Shown: positions 1-12,815 of the stretch, in pieces
Position numbering within the stretch: position 1 is the first letter of the stretch
Layout of the letters: each line of letters begins with the position of its first letter
Assembly (NCBI GenBank): GCA_964188305.1
Contig: OZ076888.1
Origin: Podarcis bocagei
Lineage: Eukaryota
DNA length: 64,000 nt
Reading direction: 5' to 3' (one strand)
Made by a program: the position numbers and the translations under genes
Notes under the pieces: generated by a model
What the model was told of the DNA's origin: nothing
What the model saw: only the letters and a program-made list of their open reading frames with translations
Database searches by the model: none

Positions 1-649
1 TACTGTGAGATTCTGCTTCCAGTGTTAAGGACAAAGGAGGCAAAGTTTCAATTTCTGGCTCATTAGGAAGCACTCTGCCAGGGATTGAAATGTGGAAAAT
101 AGTTTAAAGTGTGTGTGTTTCATTATCAAAGAGCAGACTACTCAAATCAGTTCATAACATGAAAAAATGCTATAAAACGAGCTTGTATTTTAAGAAATAA
201 ACACCAAAAAAAATAATTGTTGTGAATTTTGAACTTTGAAAGATAGTTTTCAAATCCTGAAAGCGAGTTTATTTAGAGAACTTCCTTTTCTAGCAGCCTT
301 CTAAAGGCACTGAGTCCTATACACAATTTAATCCCAAGTAGACCAAGTTAGGTTTGTGCTGTAAGTCACACTGTTTGGAAGATCCGTTCATCCAGAGCAT
401 TTATACCCCATAGTAGCCTACAAATTAATAAATAAAAATTCCCTGCTTTTGGACCTTCAATTTTAAAATGCATGGCACGAAAGGTAAAAGGGATGGGAAG
501 GGAAGAAGAACACAAGCAAATTCATCCTGTTCTCCTACTATCTTCTTTGCAATCTTGATTCATGGGCATTTAGCAACCAATCCTTAAACTACCGCTTACA
601 CTTTCTGCTCATATTAAGTGAAACTTCAATTTGGCACTTTGATTCTTGT

Positions 650-650
<1 letters not shown>

Positions 651-686
<36 letters not shown>
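651..686. repeat. (CA)n microsatellite
   Basis: Direct observation. Confidence 0.98.
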
Positions 687-689
<3 letters not shown>

Positions 690-1739
690 ATTCTTTGCTC
701 CTGATATTCATTGCATCATCAAGTCATGGTCCCAGGGGCATGGTTAGAGGACACACTTTGCAGCCTCCTTGCTGAAGTTTAATAGATCTGGGCCTGGTCA
801 CCACCTGGCTGGGAAACCAGTGGGCCCATGTACGCTGCCATGTACACTGCCTCCCACTCAGCATGATTCCTCTGCTCTCAGGAGAGCAGGCTGAGATCAT
901 ACATACATCCTGATATACCAGCATGCTAGGATAACAAAGCAGGCTGCTAGCTGATCACAACTATCTCCCCAAAACCAGGGAGAGAGATTCAATTATAATC
1001 TAACAAGGACTTTTACTGATTATTTTTTTTAAGCAGTGAAAAGAGTTTTGCTGATTGACTAAAGTTGCTTCCACTTGCTGTCCCAAAGAACGGGCTGCTC
1101 AGCTGTGTGTCCTGCACAGTGACTGAGCAGCCTTCTGAGGCCACTTGCCAGTGGTGGGTGGGAATAGAGGCAATACGGGCAGAGCAATGAATGCAAATTT
1201 TCATTTTGTACAGGCTTCTGCACATGAAGCACTATCAGAGTTCTAACCAGGCAAACAATGGGTGCAATGGCAGGGAAGTGAGGGCTGTAGCCTTGGGAGA
1301 GTCCCAATTGCCCGGAGAGCAGAATCTCAGGGCCTGAGATTCCCTATCCCTATTGCAGGGTCTGCTGTGCTGGGACTGTCTCTTGGGAGTGCTAGCTGGC
1401 TAGGTAGTCAGAGAAGTTGGTACTGATGGTGCGCTTGAATCCCAGAGCTGTGCCCAGCAGACCCTCATAGTGGAAACAGGATGCTGGTGATACTGGAGGT
1501 GAGGAGCAAGGCAGCCGGGAGATGTGGCTTGAGTCACACATACCCCAGCGACTTCCGCGGCCAGCCAATCAAAGGGCCTTTTCTCTTTAAGCCTGTATGC
1601 TCAATGATTGATCAACTGACTAATTAAAGAGTCAACTATAGATAAGTCTGCATAGTGCTAAACCTCAATATATTTTGAGGATAGCAAAAGAAGCGTGAAG
1701 GAAGTTTATTTTCATAAAAGAAAAAGTGGGGAGAGACAA

Positions 1740-2150
1740 CTTAAACCCCTGCCAATAATTCTCCAAAGGAAAATCCATTTTTGATCTTGTCTTCTCCGGT
1801 CCATATTATGCTAAAATGTGCTGGAGCTAAGAGGGTCTCTGGAAAAAAAAACAAAAGTGCCCCTCAGCCCTGCCAATTAAATCCTCCCCCAAATTATCTG
1901 TGAGTGCTTTATTAGATTAATCTGCTGCTTATGTTGACGAAAACTTAGCGCTCTGGTTGATTTTTTTAAAAAATTAATCTTTTAAAAACATCTTGTCACC
2001 CACATTGAGCCAATGAGACAGCATGATATATTAATCCTCATCGTTTTGTTTTTTTAATGCACAGCCTAGCTCATTCTCCCCCTTCCCCAAAGGCAATTGT
2101 CACACTAAAAAGACAAATTGTTTTCAACTTTATTAGAAATCCTGCTACTA
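1740..2150. promoter_or_regulatory. Candidate conserved non-coding element/enhancer
   Basis: Non-repetitive, rich in TAAT/homeobox motifs (GATTAATC, TAATCC), repeated CCCTGCCAAT (NFI/CCAAT-like). Inference only. Confidence 0.35.
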
Positions 2151-4686
2151 CTGTGCAGCGTCCGCCAAAAAACAGAAGGCTGTCAGGAGTCATCCAGGAT
2201 GGTTGGGGTCCAGTAAACTCCAGAGAACAGAGCTATTCTGTTGATGACCTTCGATCAACAGCTCCAGTCACTCCACGTCAGTCAGCCGGACAAACAAACA
2301 AACAGCCTGATCATATGCCCAAATGCACATGATGGATGCAGATGTGAGGCTCTGAAAGGACCCCTTGGCATTCAGAAACACCTGCAGGAATTCCAGAAGC
2401 ATAGGAATGCCTTCTACCCTAATGCATCCGGGGAGGGGGGGGTGTGGATCCTCACACATATCTACACACACACAAAGCACCTCATCCCAGGGGATGCTGC
2501 TGAGCATCCCTTGCTCTCCCGTTGAGGTCAGCTGGGTCCAGGCTTGGCTGTGATAGAACAACTCCTGGAATTTGTGCTATCCCATCCCTGTGGCGAAGAA
2601 CAGTGGGGAAGGGAGGGGGAGTTCTTCCTGTGGCATTCCCACAATGCCTTGCACCTGCTTGGGAAACCAAGAATGAAAGGATTCCTTTCTAATCTCTCAG
2701 CCTAATCCTCAAACCGTGGTTACAGCAGCAACGTCTCCCTCGCCAGAGAGAAAGAAAAGGCCATCCCCGATGTCAGTTTTGTGTGGGCAGTGCATCCAAC
2801 TAAGAAGTCCATGAAAGGTGGCGGAGGAGGGTGAAATTGACAAGGGAATTTTACACACCTCATTTCTGGAAGAGCCCCTGCTTTTTAGGCTGAACAAAAG
2901 GGCCGGCATGAAATGGGTTTCCATTGCCACCAACGTCATGGGCTTGTGGCACCTGCACACTACTGCATATTTCAAGTGTCCTCCCTGCTGTTAAAATAAT
3001 TGCATTATCCAAGCGAGTGCATTTTGCTATTTGAGGGTTGGGTACAATGCAATACCTCAAAACACGTAAGAAGCATATTTTCCAGAGGGAAGTTGTCAGG
3101 ACCCTGAGCTTCACTACATGAGCCAATGGTCTGGAATTGCAACCTGTGTCAGTGTTCATGCCATCTGCTCTCTTATGAATCACTAAGCGGTTGCAGAACA
3201 CATACCTAACTTCAGTAACATAGCAAGGATGGGGAGATGGCAAGACCTGCCCCAGGTGCAACCTGGCTGAGGCACAAAATGGGCATTAAAGGTCATTCAT
3301 GTAATATATTAATAGTTATCAAAACAAATCTGAATTCTGTTGCATTTTTCCCCCTCTTGAGATTGGAATATTGAGGCATGGTGATGGGTGAAAAGGGAGA
3401 TAATCACTTTTTCTGAAAAGTTTGGTGCAAGAAACAAAATCTACAAAATTATTTTACTAATCACTCTCATTTTGGATCAGTCCAAAGGTAAATCCTGTTT
3501 TGGTTTTTTACTTTACTCCTCACATATAATCCATTGGCTATTTATTTTCAATTTGTGTGGAACCTGGTCCTGGGAAATAAGGACTGTAGGAAGCACCAGT
3601 TTATTTTGCAATTTCCACTTTTCTTCTGGGTTCTTTTATAGGAGAGGTGGTCTCACATGAGATTTTCCAACCTGACTGTGAGGCCCCTTAATGCAAGCCT
3701 AGACCAAATATTTCTTAACTCTTTGACACCCATCTCTTCTCCTTCCTTTTCTATATGCTTTTTATCAAGGTATTTCACTTTTAAAATTTTGAAAACTTGC
3801 ATTTTTAGCAAGCGGATGCATGGCTGGCTGTGCAATTTGAAGCTGGGGAAAATATCTAGCCTGCTCCTCAAAAAAGCAGCACCTAGTGGTCTCAGCTGCT
3901 CCAGAATATGTCGCTCTCTCACCTCCCCCCACAAACTTCCTTATACATCCATCAGACTCCCTTTCCTCTCTCACTGCTCACATGATGCTTTGTTTATAAT
4001 TGCCTCCAGAGACAAGGCCAAGTACCATTTCACCCCCTACCCCCAGTAGGTCGGCTAGATTCAGGGCCCCCACACAGCGAAACTTTAAACTTTTTCTGAT
4101 CTCCCTGAGTGGTGCTTTTCTTTCTCTATTCAACTTGTGCCTACATTTTGGGTTCCAAACAAGGCTGTTCCCTGGACCTCAGAACTTCTAGGAGCAGAAC
4201 TGGGTGCAAGCAAGTGCCAGACATTGTCCGCTCCTAAAGGATGCCAGGGAGCTGAGCCGCCCAGCAGCAAATTAGAAACTTTTGGCTCCTAAAGAATGAG
4301 CTGGGTTGTTTGTTCCTGCTCTCTGCAGCTGCTTCCCCCCTTCTCTTCCTCCCTCCCCTCCCCCCCCCCGTTTTTTGTGGTTTATTACACACAGGGTCCT
4401 TGATGAATGGGAGCCCCTGTTTTACAGTACACCCCACTTACAGGACTTCTCTCCAGGCCCACCACAGATCTGACTCATCAGCAGCAGGGCACCGCCATCA
4501 TAATTCTTCCTAGAAACCAGAGGATAAAAAGGGGTTTGTTGGAGGTTGGCTGGCCTGCCGAGAGTCCTGCCTGCAGGCCCTGCTAATGCCATAGCTAGTT
4601 GTTCAGGTCTTTGGCCGAATAAGGTAACAGAAACAAAGATTGTTCCCTTGTTGGGAAAGGCGACTGTGCCCAAGTTTGGGGCTGGG

Positions 4687-4689
<3 letters not shown>

Positions 4690-4764
<75 letters not shown>
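4690..4764. repeat. Compound (GT)n(GA)n microsatellite
   Basis: Direct observation. Confidence 0.98.
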
Positions 4765-4775
<11 letters not shown>

Positions 4776-5000
4776 CAGGGCACCCGTCCAAGTGGGATTA
4801 AGCCTGCGAGTGCAACTTTATGAGGTCTGGCTGTGTGGCGGAGAGACTCTCCAGAGTGGAAGGAGCCAGTTCAAACATAATTTATGACATGTCACTCATA
4901 GTTAGAGGCGGCTGTCGTTAAGAGTTAATTGTTGCATTGTGTTCAGCGTCTACTGATAAGAATTCTATAAGCTGCTTACATGTTATCATAACTCATGGGT

Positions 5001-5004
<4 letters not shown>

Positions 5005-5063
<59 letters not shown>
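5005..5063. repeat. (GA)n microsatellite
   Basis: Direct observation. Confidence 0.98.
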
Positions 5064-5067
<4 letters not shown>

Positions 5068-6336
5068 GTAAAGGGAAAATGAAAGTGATTACTCACCAGT
5101 CATCATCAGCGAGCGAGCGAGTGAGAGGCTGTTGTAGGATCAGTGCCCCAGGTGTAACTCAGGGGCACCTGAGGTTAAGCTCCCCTTGGCCAAGGACTCA
5201 TTGTGTGGGCCACTGATTTAGTCATGCTCTGTCTACATCAATTCCCCCACCTGTACCTTGGGAATATTTATCCCCAGTGTGCTATTGTACTGTAACTAGA
5301 CCTGCACTGTAATTGCTACTGGCCACAGAATTATGTTCATCCCAAGAACCTCAAGCACTCATAGACTGGCTAGAAAGTGCATTGTTGTTCTTGTTGCTGC
5401 TGCTGCTGTTGTTCCTTGTCGGGGAAGGGGGAACAATTTTTACAATTACTACTTGCCTTTACAAACTCGTCCTTCCTCCGCAAAACTCAAGAGCAAATAA
5501 AGAATATTTCTCCTCTCTCCTTTTATCCTCACAACAACCCTGTGAGTCGGGCCATGCTGATATAGAATCATTGCAATTTAAAACTGTGGTTGAAATGAAT
5601 CTTGGAGGTCATCCAGACTAACCTACTGCTTAATCGGAATATTCAACATAGGAAGCATCAACAGCATTCATGAGAAATGGCTCTGCAACCTCTGTTTAAA
5701 TGCCTGCAGTAAAGCAGAGGAGGAAGTCTGTTCCACGTTGAACTGTTTTTCTTGTCAGCAAGTTTATCTGAGTGTTTTAGCAATCTCTGTGCCCGCATCA
5801 CACCATCCTCCCCACTGCAAATTATCTAGCAAGAAAGGCAGAATTTGTGCATCCCTCCTGCACAAGTTCTAAATGTACAGGAACTCTTGAGAGTAGAGGG
5901 TGTGGCATATGAATTTATCAAATAAAATAAAAAAGAATAACTTGTACAATTCGCTCTGGGAGAGACATGCCAGTTTCACCCCTCCCAACTTACACAAACA
6001 AGAGTCACATCCCACTCCCCCCCCCCCACTGATCTGGAGGCACAAAACAGTTCTTCATTCATTCCTAGCTACTGCTTCGTGTTGCCTCACAGAGCCAAAC
6101 TAGTTGTGCCCCATTTGTTCAACCACCTGTTTGCTCTGTTCACAGATAAAGCAGGGAGGTAAGTGATTTTAACATCAATAGAGGCACGTGGTGCCATTCC
6201 AAATTCAACATCCTCTCTGCAGATCCACGTTGGCTCTCAGAAGCAGGGGTCTTGGCGCGGGCTCTGCCTTCAGCAGCAACCCACGCCCTGGTTATTCTGA
6301 CAGTTGATTGCTGACAAGCTTCTCTGATGCGCCTGG

Positions 6337-6500
6337 CTTCAGAATGCAGCTGCGTGTTTGCTCATGGCCTTGCACTGCCGCGATCATATTACGCCCACCA
6401 TGGTTGTCTCTAAAGAGAGGGATTGGCTTTAAGCCTGCGCTGTTCCTTTTTAAAGCTCTTAATGGAGTAGGCCTTGGATGTCTTAAAGACCTCACCCATC
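6337..6500 (+). mobile_element. Ancient L2-clade LINE ORF2 C-terminal fragment
   Basis: Translates to LQNAAACLLMALHCRDHITP and, after a frameshift, IGFKPALFLFKALNGVGLGCLKD. This matches the L2 QNAAAR...HITP...FK..L..KALNG motif. Confidence 0.65.
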
Positions 6501-9500
6501 AGACCCAGGCTTAAGGAGATCTTGGCCAAGACATTATCTACTGTTTCAAAAATCCACCATTCCTCCGCCGGCACATATACCCCGTGTGGGTCTCGCCTTC
6601 CATTATTTCACCCCTTAATTTCCTGCATGCTGCATTTCCATGCTCTGATGTGCGGCGTGCAGTTTGCAGTGGGAAGAAAATGCACCTTTGTGAAGGTGAG
6701 TCCGCCGCTGGATGTCATGTTGACCAAGGGGTATTGGGGAAGCTTGAGTTCCAATCCGCACACTGACATGGAGTTTCTGGGTCTTCAGGAAGTTGACCCT
6801 ATTTTCTAGTTAGTTTAGCTGAAATAGCTGTCGCCAACCACCACACAACACTGCTTTAAGAAATAAGGACCAATGGATTGATGAGGCACATTGCATAAGT
6901 AAATTGATATATAGATTTAATGACAACACACATACACACACAATCAATCAATCAAAACCCCAACAACCCTCCATTAAATAATAAGCTAAGACAGGGACAA
7001 GATACAAAACAGGTCCACTGCCACTGTTGGTAGCTAGCTGACTGGCCTTAACACAATGCTGTCATATGAGGTTGTAGAGAAACCAAAGCTTTCTAGAACT
7101 AGCCCTGTTAAACTCTCATTTACTGAGTGCCACGTTTAAGATTCAGAGATGGTCAAATTTTATTGACTAGCTTTATTTTGCTTAGGTAAAGTTTTTTAAA
7201 TTCCCTTGACTGCCTCTCATGACAAGACAGATTGATGGCTTGAGAGGAACTGAGGAAGCTGGTCCATCTAGCTCACTATTGTCCACACCAACTGGGTGCA
7301 ACTTTTCTGGATTGTAGGCAGAGGACATTCCCATCCTTCCTGGAGTTGCCAGGAAGCAATGTTTGTTGTGCTGATGAGTACATTGTGTAGCATAGCTGTT
7401 TTCAGTTCATCGCACTCCGGATGCTTCCAGACTTGTTGCTATTTTGCAGGTGGGATTCAGTGACATGCCAACAAATTCAGGTCACACCAACACCGTATAT
7501 TTAAAGCCCTCTTATATCACTTCAGCAGCCATGGCTCCCCCTCCCCACAAGGAATCATGGGTGTTGTCCATTGTCAAGGGTGCCGAGAGCTGTTAGGAGG
7601 CTCTTAACAAACCAGTTATCATGATTCTTGGGGTGGGAGGAATCCATGATAGTTAAAGTGATATAGGAGAGGGCTGCACTGCTAAAGTGGATTTGGACTC
7701 CTGTGCAACAAGCCCACTCCCAAAACAAACCGGGCCATTCTGCAGTAATGGATGTTATGGGGAAGTGCACTGGAAAGGGTGGGATCACCATTGCGTGACA
7801 CAGTGTCATATCAAACCCCCCCACAAACAAATCAGAATGAATGCTCATTTGCATGCAGATGGATAACGTTGAATGCTCAATAAACACAGGGCCAGCCCAC
7901 CCATGAGGCAGACTGAGGCAGCTGCCTCAGGGGGTGGAACCCCAAGAGGTGGTGCCCCCATGGGCACTCCGTCTCTTTCACCACTGGCAGAGAAGCATTG
8001 AGACAACACCTTTCCTTTTTCCCTCAGGTGGCGAAACAGGATGTGCCACACCTGAATAAGCAGGTCACCTGGGGCCAACCGTTGTGGCCTGGGCTTGTGG
8101 GTTGATTCAATGTGGTGGGAGCAGGGCTGAGTCCTCCCTAGCAGCAGTGGACACTGAATTGGTTCCTTGCAGCACTTATGCTTACTATGGACCTTGTTTT
8201 GAGGCAGATGTGTCTGTATTTAATGAAGGATAGATGTGTAGTTATTTTGGTACCCAGATGAGATGCTTCAGGGTTGAGAAAGACATTGTACTTACCTGAA
8301 ATCTTCAGAGGTAAGGTGGGCTCCCTGCCTTTTCCTCTGGAGCACCAAGGCCAAAGACAAAGCTGAAGAACTGTGAGGTGAGCTGGAGTTGTTCCCCAAT
8401 AACACACCTTTTGGGAAGAAAATCAGTGGGAAGGTTTGGCTTAACAGTTAGGCTCCAAACATAGTTGCATATACCTAGCTTGTGGCAGGCTTTTCTGTGC
8501 AGGTGGACATGTACACCCACATCCTCACAGCCTAGCACCTTAGTCATATTTGACTGTACATCCTGACACAGCAGTGGTGTAGTGACCAGGAAGCCTCTGA
8601 TTCGCATCTTGCTTCTCCATTGAACTCACACTTCCTCAGACTTTATGCCAATCCATCTGCATATGGAATGGGAAAAGCACTGTTACAAGGAGTACAAGAT
8701 AACGTAGATGGAACTTTTTCTTTTCTTTTTTTTTAATGCTTTGAAGTGCCATATAAATCTATGGTCCTTTCATAAAGTTTCCTTTCCAGGAAGGAAAATT
8801 ATGGCCGGTATTCCGCACACGCGTTCCATCAGCACAAACACTTTTGACCGCGCAGCAGAACTTCCCTTCCCACCCCACCCCCCACCCCCATGGGATTTTC
8901 TCCAACCCTGCAAAACAGATTGGGGGAGGATGCAGGGCACACTGGGAGAAGAGAGGGGATAGTTCTGCTGCGCAAATGGAAATCCTTGCAGTAACAGAAC
9001 AAGTACATTGGCTACTATTCCTATGTGTGGGAGCAGTTTCTCTGCTTTGCTGGATCATGGAGAAAAGAAGAGTCCTCACTTTAAAGTAGCATGTGAATAG
9101 AAGGACTGCAAATGCCATTGAATGCAGCCTTTGGCAGATGGGCTTTTGCAATCTCTCATTTCACTTGGGAAGTTGTCTCCCAAAATACATGCTTCAGATG
9201 GTAGCGCTACTCACACATGGAAGAAAAAGATGTTTGAGCCACTTCTGACCATGTAACAGATCCACATGTTGGGGAAAGGAAAGGTCAAATTGGTCAGTCA
9301 CCAGGGATGAGGAAGAGATTTTGTCTTTTCTTATGCATTTCAGTCTTATACATGTTTACACAGAAACAAGCCCTTCTGAGTTCACTGTTGCTTGCTCCCA
9401 AGTAAGTGTACATAGGATTGCAGCTTTAGCACCTGGCAGTAATTAAAGTTGCTCTGCAGGTATTTCAAGGTGGGTCCCCCTGGCTGTTCCCGCTCTCTCT

Positions 9501-10134
9501 TTATGCACAGAATTGTATTCTAGGTGATGCGAGTTCAGCAGTAAGGAGCTGATCATTACAGATAATTTCTACAGCTCTGTTCAGAATGCAGTGCTCAATT
9601 TTTCATTCAACATTGTAAGAGTTACATCCAATACAGAGTACATCATGCCCAATAAGAGCCTCAAATTTACAATGATATTACATTACTCTAATAGAAACCC
9701 TTCATGTCTGTTGACAAACAACCCAGATCTTCCCTCCAGACCAGACCAAACAACAGTAATGCAAGTTCATTAAGCCATAATTTTATTTCAACTGAAATGT
9801 CTCACCTGTGGTATTTTAGGTTTTCATTTAAGGCCCTGAAGCTGTCTTTTTAGACAGCTCATCAGATTCCCAAGTCCTTGCTGTAGTCCAGCACTTAAGA
9901 GTGAAAGGGTCACCCAATCCCACAGGAACCTGAGTGATCCCTGATAAATCTGATTAGCTGCAAAGATTTCCACATCAGCTATCAAGGCTTAACTGAACAA
10001 CAGGAATCTTTTTTTGCTGCATTGTGTTCCTGTGACTTCCACCTTCTTCACTGAAATTTGTCTCCACTGACCCTCCTGTTCTTATGCTCGTCTAAACTCC
10101 AGATCCTGCTCCTGGTCTTCCTGGCAAAACTTTG

Positions 10135-10990
10135 CATGGATAAGGAGAGCCTGCTGGATTAAGCTAATGACCCATCTAGTCCAGTATCCTGTTCTCACAC
10201 TGGCTAACGAGATACCCAAGGAAAGCCCACAAGCAAGACCTGGGTGCAGCAGTACTCTTCCCTCCTGCAATTTCTAGCAACTGGCATTCAGGAGCATTAC
10301 TCCTTCTGACAGTGGAGGTGAACATAGCCAGCATGCCTACTGGCCACTGATATCCTTTTCCTCCATGAATTGGCCCAGTCCTATTTTAAAACTGGGACGC
10401 GGGTGGCGCTGTGGGCTAAAGCCTCAGCGCCTAGGGCTTGCCGATCGAAAGGTCGGCGGTTCGAATCCCCGCGGCGGGGTGCGCTCCCGCTGCTCGGTCC
10501 CAGCGCCTGCCAACCTAGCAGTTCGAAAGCACATCAAAGTGCAAGTAGATAAATAGGTACCGCTTACCAGCGGGAAGGTAAACGGCGTTCCGTGTGCTGC
10601 GCTGGCTCGCCAGATGCAGCTTTGTCACGCTGGCCACGTGACCCAGAAGTGTCTCCGGACAGCGCTGGCCCCCGGCCAATAGATGTGAGATGGGCGCACA
10701 AACCCCAGAGTCTGTCAAGACTGGCCCGTTCGGGCAGGGGTACCTTTACCTTTACCTTTATTTTAAAACCATCCAAGTTGGTGGCCATCAGTGCCACTTG
10801 TGAGAGCAAATCCCATAGTTTAATGATGCACTGCATGAAGTACATACTTTGGTCTGTCCTGAATCTTCTAACATTCAGCTTGATGTTCTGGTGTCATGAG
10901 GGCGAAAAACTTTTCTCTGTCCATCTTCTCTATGCCATACATGATTTTATACGTCTCTATAATGTCTCCCGTCTTCTAAATGTTGAATTC
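10135..10990 (-). mobile_element. CR1 LINE 3' fragment, split by a Sauria SINE
   Basis: gagagcctgctggatt...cccatctagtccagtatcctg is a typical squamate CR1 3' end. The minus-strand ORF piece 'IIKLWDLLSQVALMATNLDGFK' resembles the CR1 ORF2 C-terminus. Confidence 0.75.
10394..10758 (+). mobile_element. Sauria SINE (Squam1/POM-type), full length, divergent subfamily
   Basis: tRNA head with B box GGTTCGAATCC, (ACCTTT)n tail, 11-bp TSD tattttaaaac (10382-10392 / 10759-10769). Confidence 0.95.
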
Positions 10991-11688
10991 TCTAGCAACA
11001 ACAACCCAAATGTACAAGGTGTAACATCTTCCCCCCTTTCTTAAATTAAATATTAAGTTATCGGGACAGAGTAGTTCTCAGGACAGTGTCTCATAGTGCA
11101 ACAAATTTAATCCAGTTTGAAACCCATTTAATTGTAAGACGCTTCCCTTCCCGGCTCCAAATGCTGGGGCTTGAGTAGCCTTTGTCAATGCTCTGTAGCC
11201 TCTTCTCAGAACTGCAGTTCCCAGGGCTCTTTGGGTGGCAGCCAAATCAGTACAAGAGGCTTGATAAACTGGTTCAGATTTAGAGAGTCCTGAGAAGACA
11301 CTGGGTGTTATTCGCACCAACCAGAGTGTCATGGTTCTGCTTTTTGAAGTTTCTCTCAGCAATGCCCAATGGGGAACTTGCACAGGGAAGTAAGTTCCCC
11401 TTTGAGTTTCGTATAAGGAACTCATGAATTCACTTGTGGGCAATTCTAATAGCCTCTGAAACTGCTGGTTACGTTCTGTGTTATCCACATGCCTTCTCCC
11501 CTGCAAAATTATTTCTAAAATTCAGCATCAAAGTAATGCAAGCACAACAAAGTTGAACATATTAAACTGCCTTATGTCAGGCCATGGGTCCACCTACCTC
11601 ACTATATTCTGCTAATCTGACTCCAGGTGGCTCCATGAGATCTCAAGCAGTGGCCTTTTCCTGCCTTCCTACCCATGTTCCTTTAACT

Positions 11689-12055
11689 CAGAGGTGGGGA
11701 ACCTCAGGCCCGGGGTCTCCCATGCGGCCCTCTGTGTTTCCTTATCTGGCCCTCAGGACTCTCCTGGACCATGCCTCTTCCCCAGGTCACACCCTGCATC
11801 AGTTCTCCTCTGTGTCCTCCTTGGCTGGAATATGATGCTTTGTACTGGCCTAGATGATGGAGATATGTGGGTGAAGGTAGACATCTCTGATGTTCATAAG
11901 GCTGGAATGTAGCCTTTTGTATGAAGGTGTGAGTCACATCCATTAAAGCTCTTCCCACTTTTGCCTGCAGTCCTGCCCACTGCTGACATGCAGCCCCTAG
12001 AAGGTTGCCTATGAGGTCGTATGGCCCTCAAACTGAAAAAGGCTCCCCCCTCGGC
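11689..12055. mobile_element. Old hAT-Charlie-like non-autonomous DNA transposon
   Basis: Degenerate ends cagaggtggggaacct...ggccc and ggccctc...aaggctcccccc. Confidence 0.45.
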
Positions 12056-12220
12056 TTTAGTTAATGATGCAAAGAGTCGTACATTGAGTTTTCCCATGCA
12101 TGTTAGGTGTTCTACCCCTGAGCTGCAATCCTCAAACCCAATATTTTGTGAACATTCTGATAAACGAGAAAAGCACATGTTCATTGTATATCAACGTTAA
12201 TTGTATGCAGGTCATCTCAG

Positions 12221-12798
12221 ATGGTGACAGCAGTCACGAAATTAAAAGCTGCCTGCTTCTTGGGAGAAAAGCAATGACAAATCTAGACAGCATCTTAAAA
12301 AGCAGAGACACCACCTTGCCAACAAAGGTCCGTATAGTAAAAGCTATGGTTTCCCAGTAGTGATGTATGGCAGTGAGAGCTGGACCATAAAGAAGGCTGA
12401 TCGCCGAAAAATTGATGCTTTTGAATTATGGTGTTGGACGAGACTCTTGAGAGTCCCATGGACTGCAAGAAGATCAAACGTCTCCATTCTTAAGGAAATC
12501 AGCCCTGAGTGCTAAGTGCTGAGTGCAGCCCTGGAAGGACAGATAGTGAAGCTGAGGCTCCAATACTTTGGCCACCTCATGAGAAGAGAAGACTCCCTGG
12601 AAAAGACCCTGATGTTGGGAAAGATGGAGGGCACAAGGAGAAGGGGACGACAGAGGATGAGATGGTTGGATAGTGTTCTTGAAGCTACCAGCATGAGTTT
12701 GACCAAACTGCGGGAGGCAGTGGAAGACAGGAGTGCCTGGCGTGCTCTGGTCCATGGGGTTACAAAGAGTTGGACACGACTAAACGACTAAACAACAA
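12221..12798 (+). mobile_element. BovB (RTE) LINE, 5'-truncated 3' end
   Basis: RT C-terminal peptides (LLLGRKAMTNLDSILKSRD; LQYFGHLMRREDSLEKTLMLGKMEG), gactaaac/(aac)n tail, TSD catctcag (12213-12220 / 12799-12806). Confidence 0.95.
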
Positions 12799-12815
12799 CA
12801 TCTCAGCAGAGCTTA

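Noticed and set aside
1351-1686. Possible second LTR (ATTAAA, ends in CA)
   Set aside because: No TG start or TSD could be established.
4595-5216. ORFs with SL/HT/RE dipeptide repeats
   Set aside because: Translations of dinucleotide microsatellites.
10394-10480. tRNA-like A/B boxes
   Set aside because: These are the Sauria SINE head, not a functional tRNA gene; the same applies to the other SINE copies.
12100-12791. ORFs with RT-like peptides
   Set aside because: Frameshifted BovB remnant, not a host gene.
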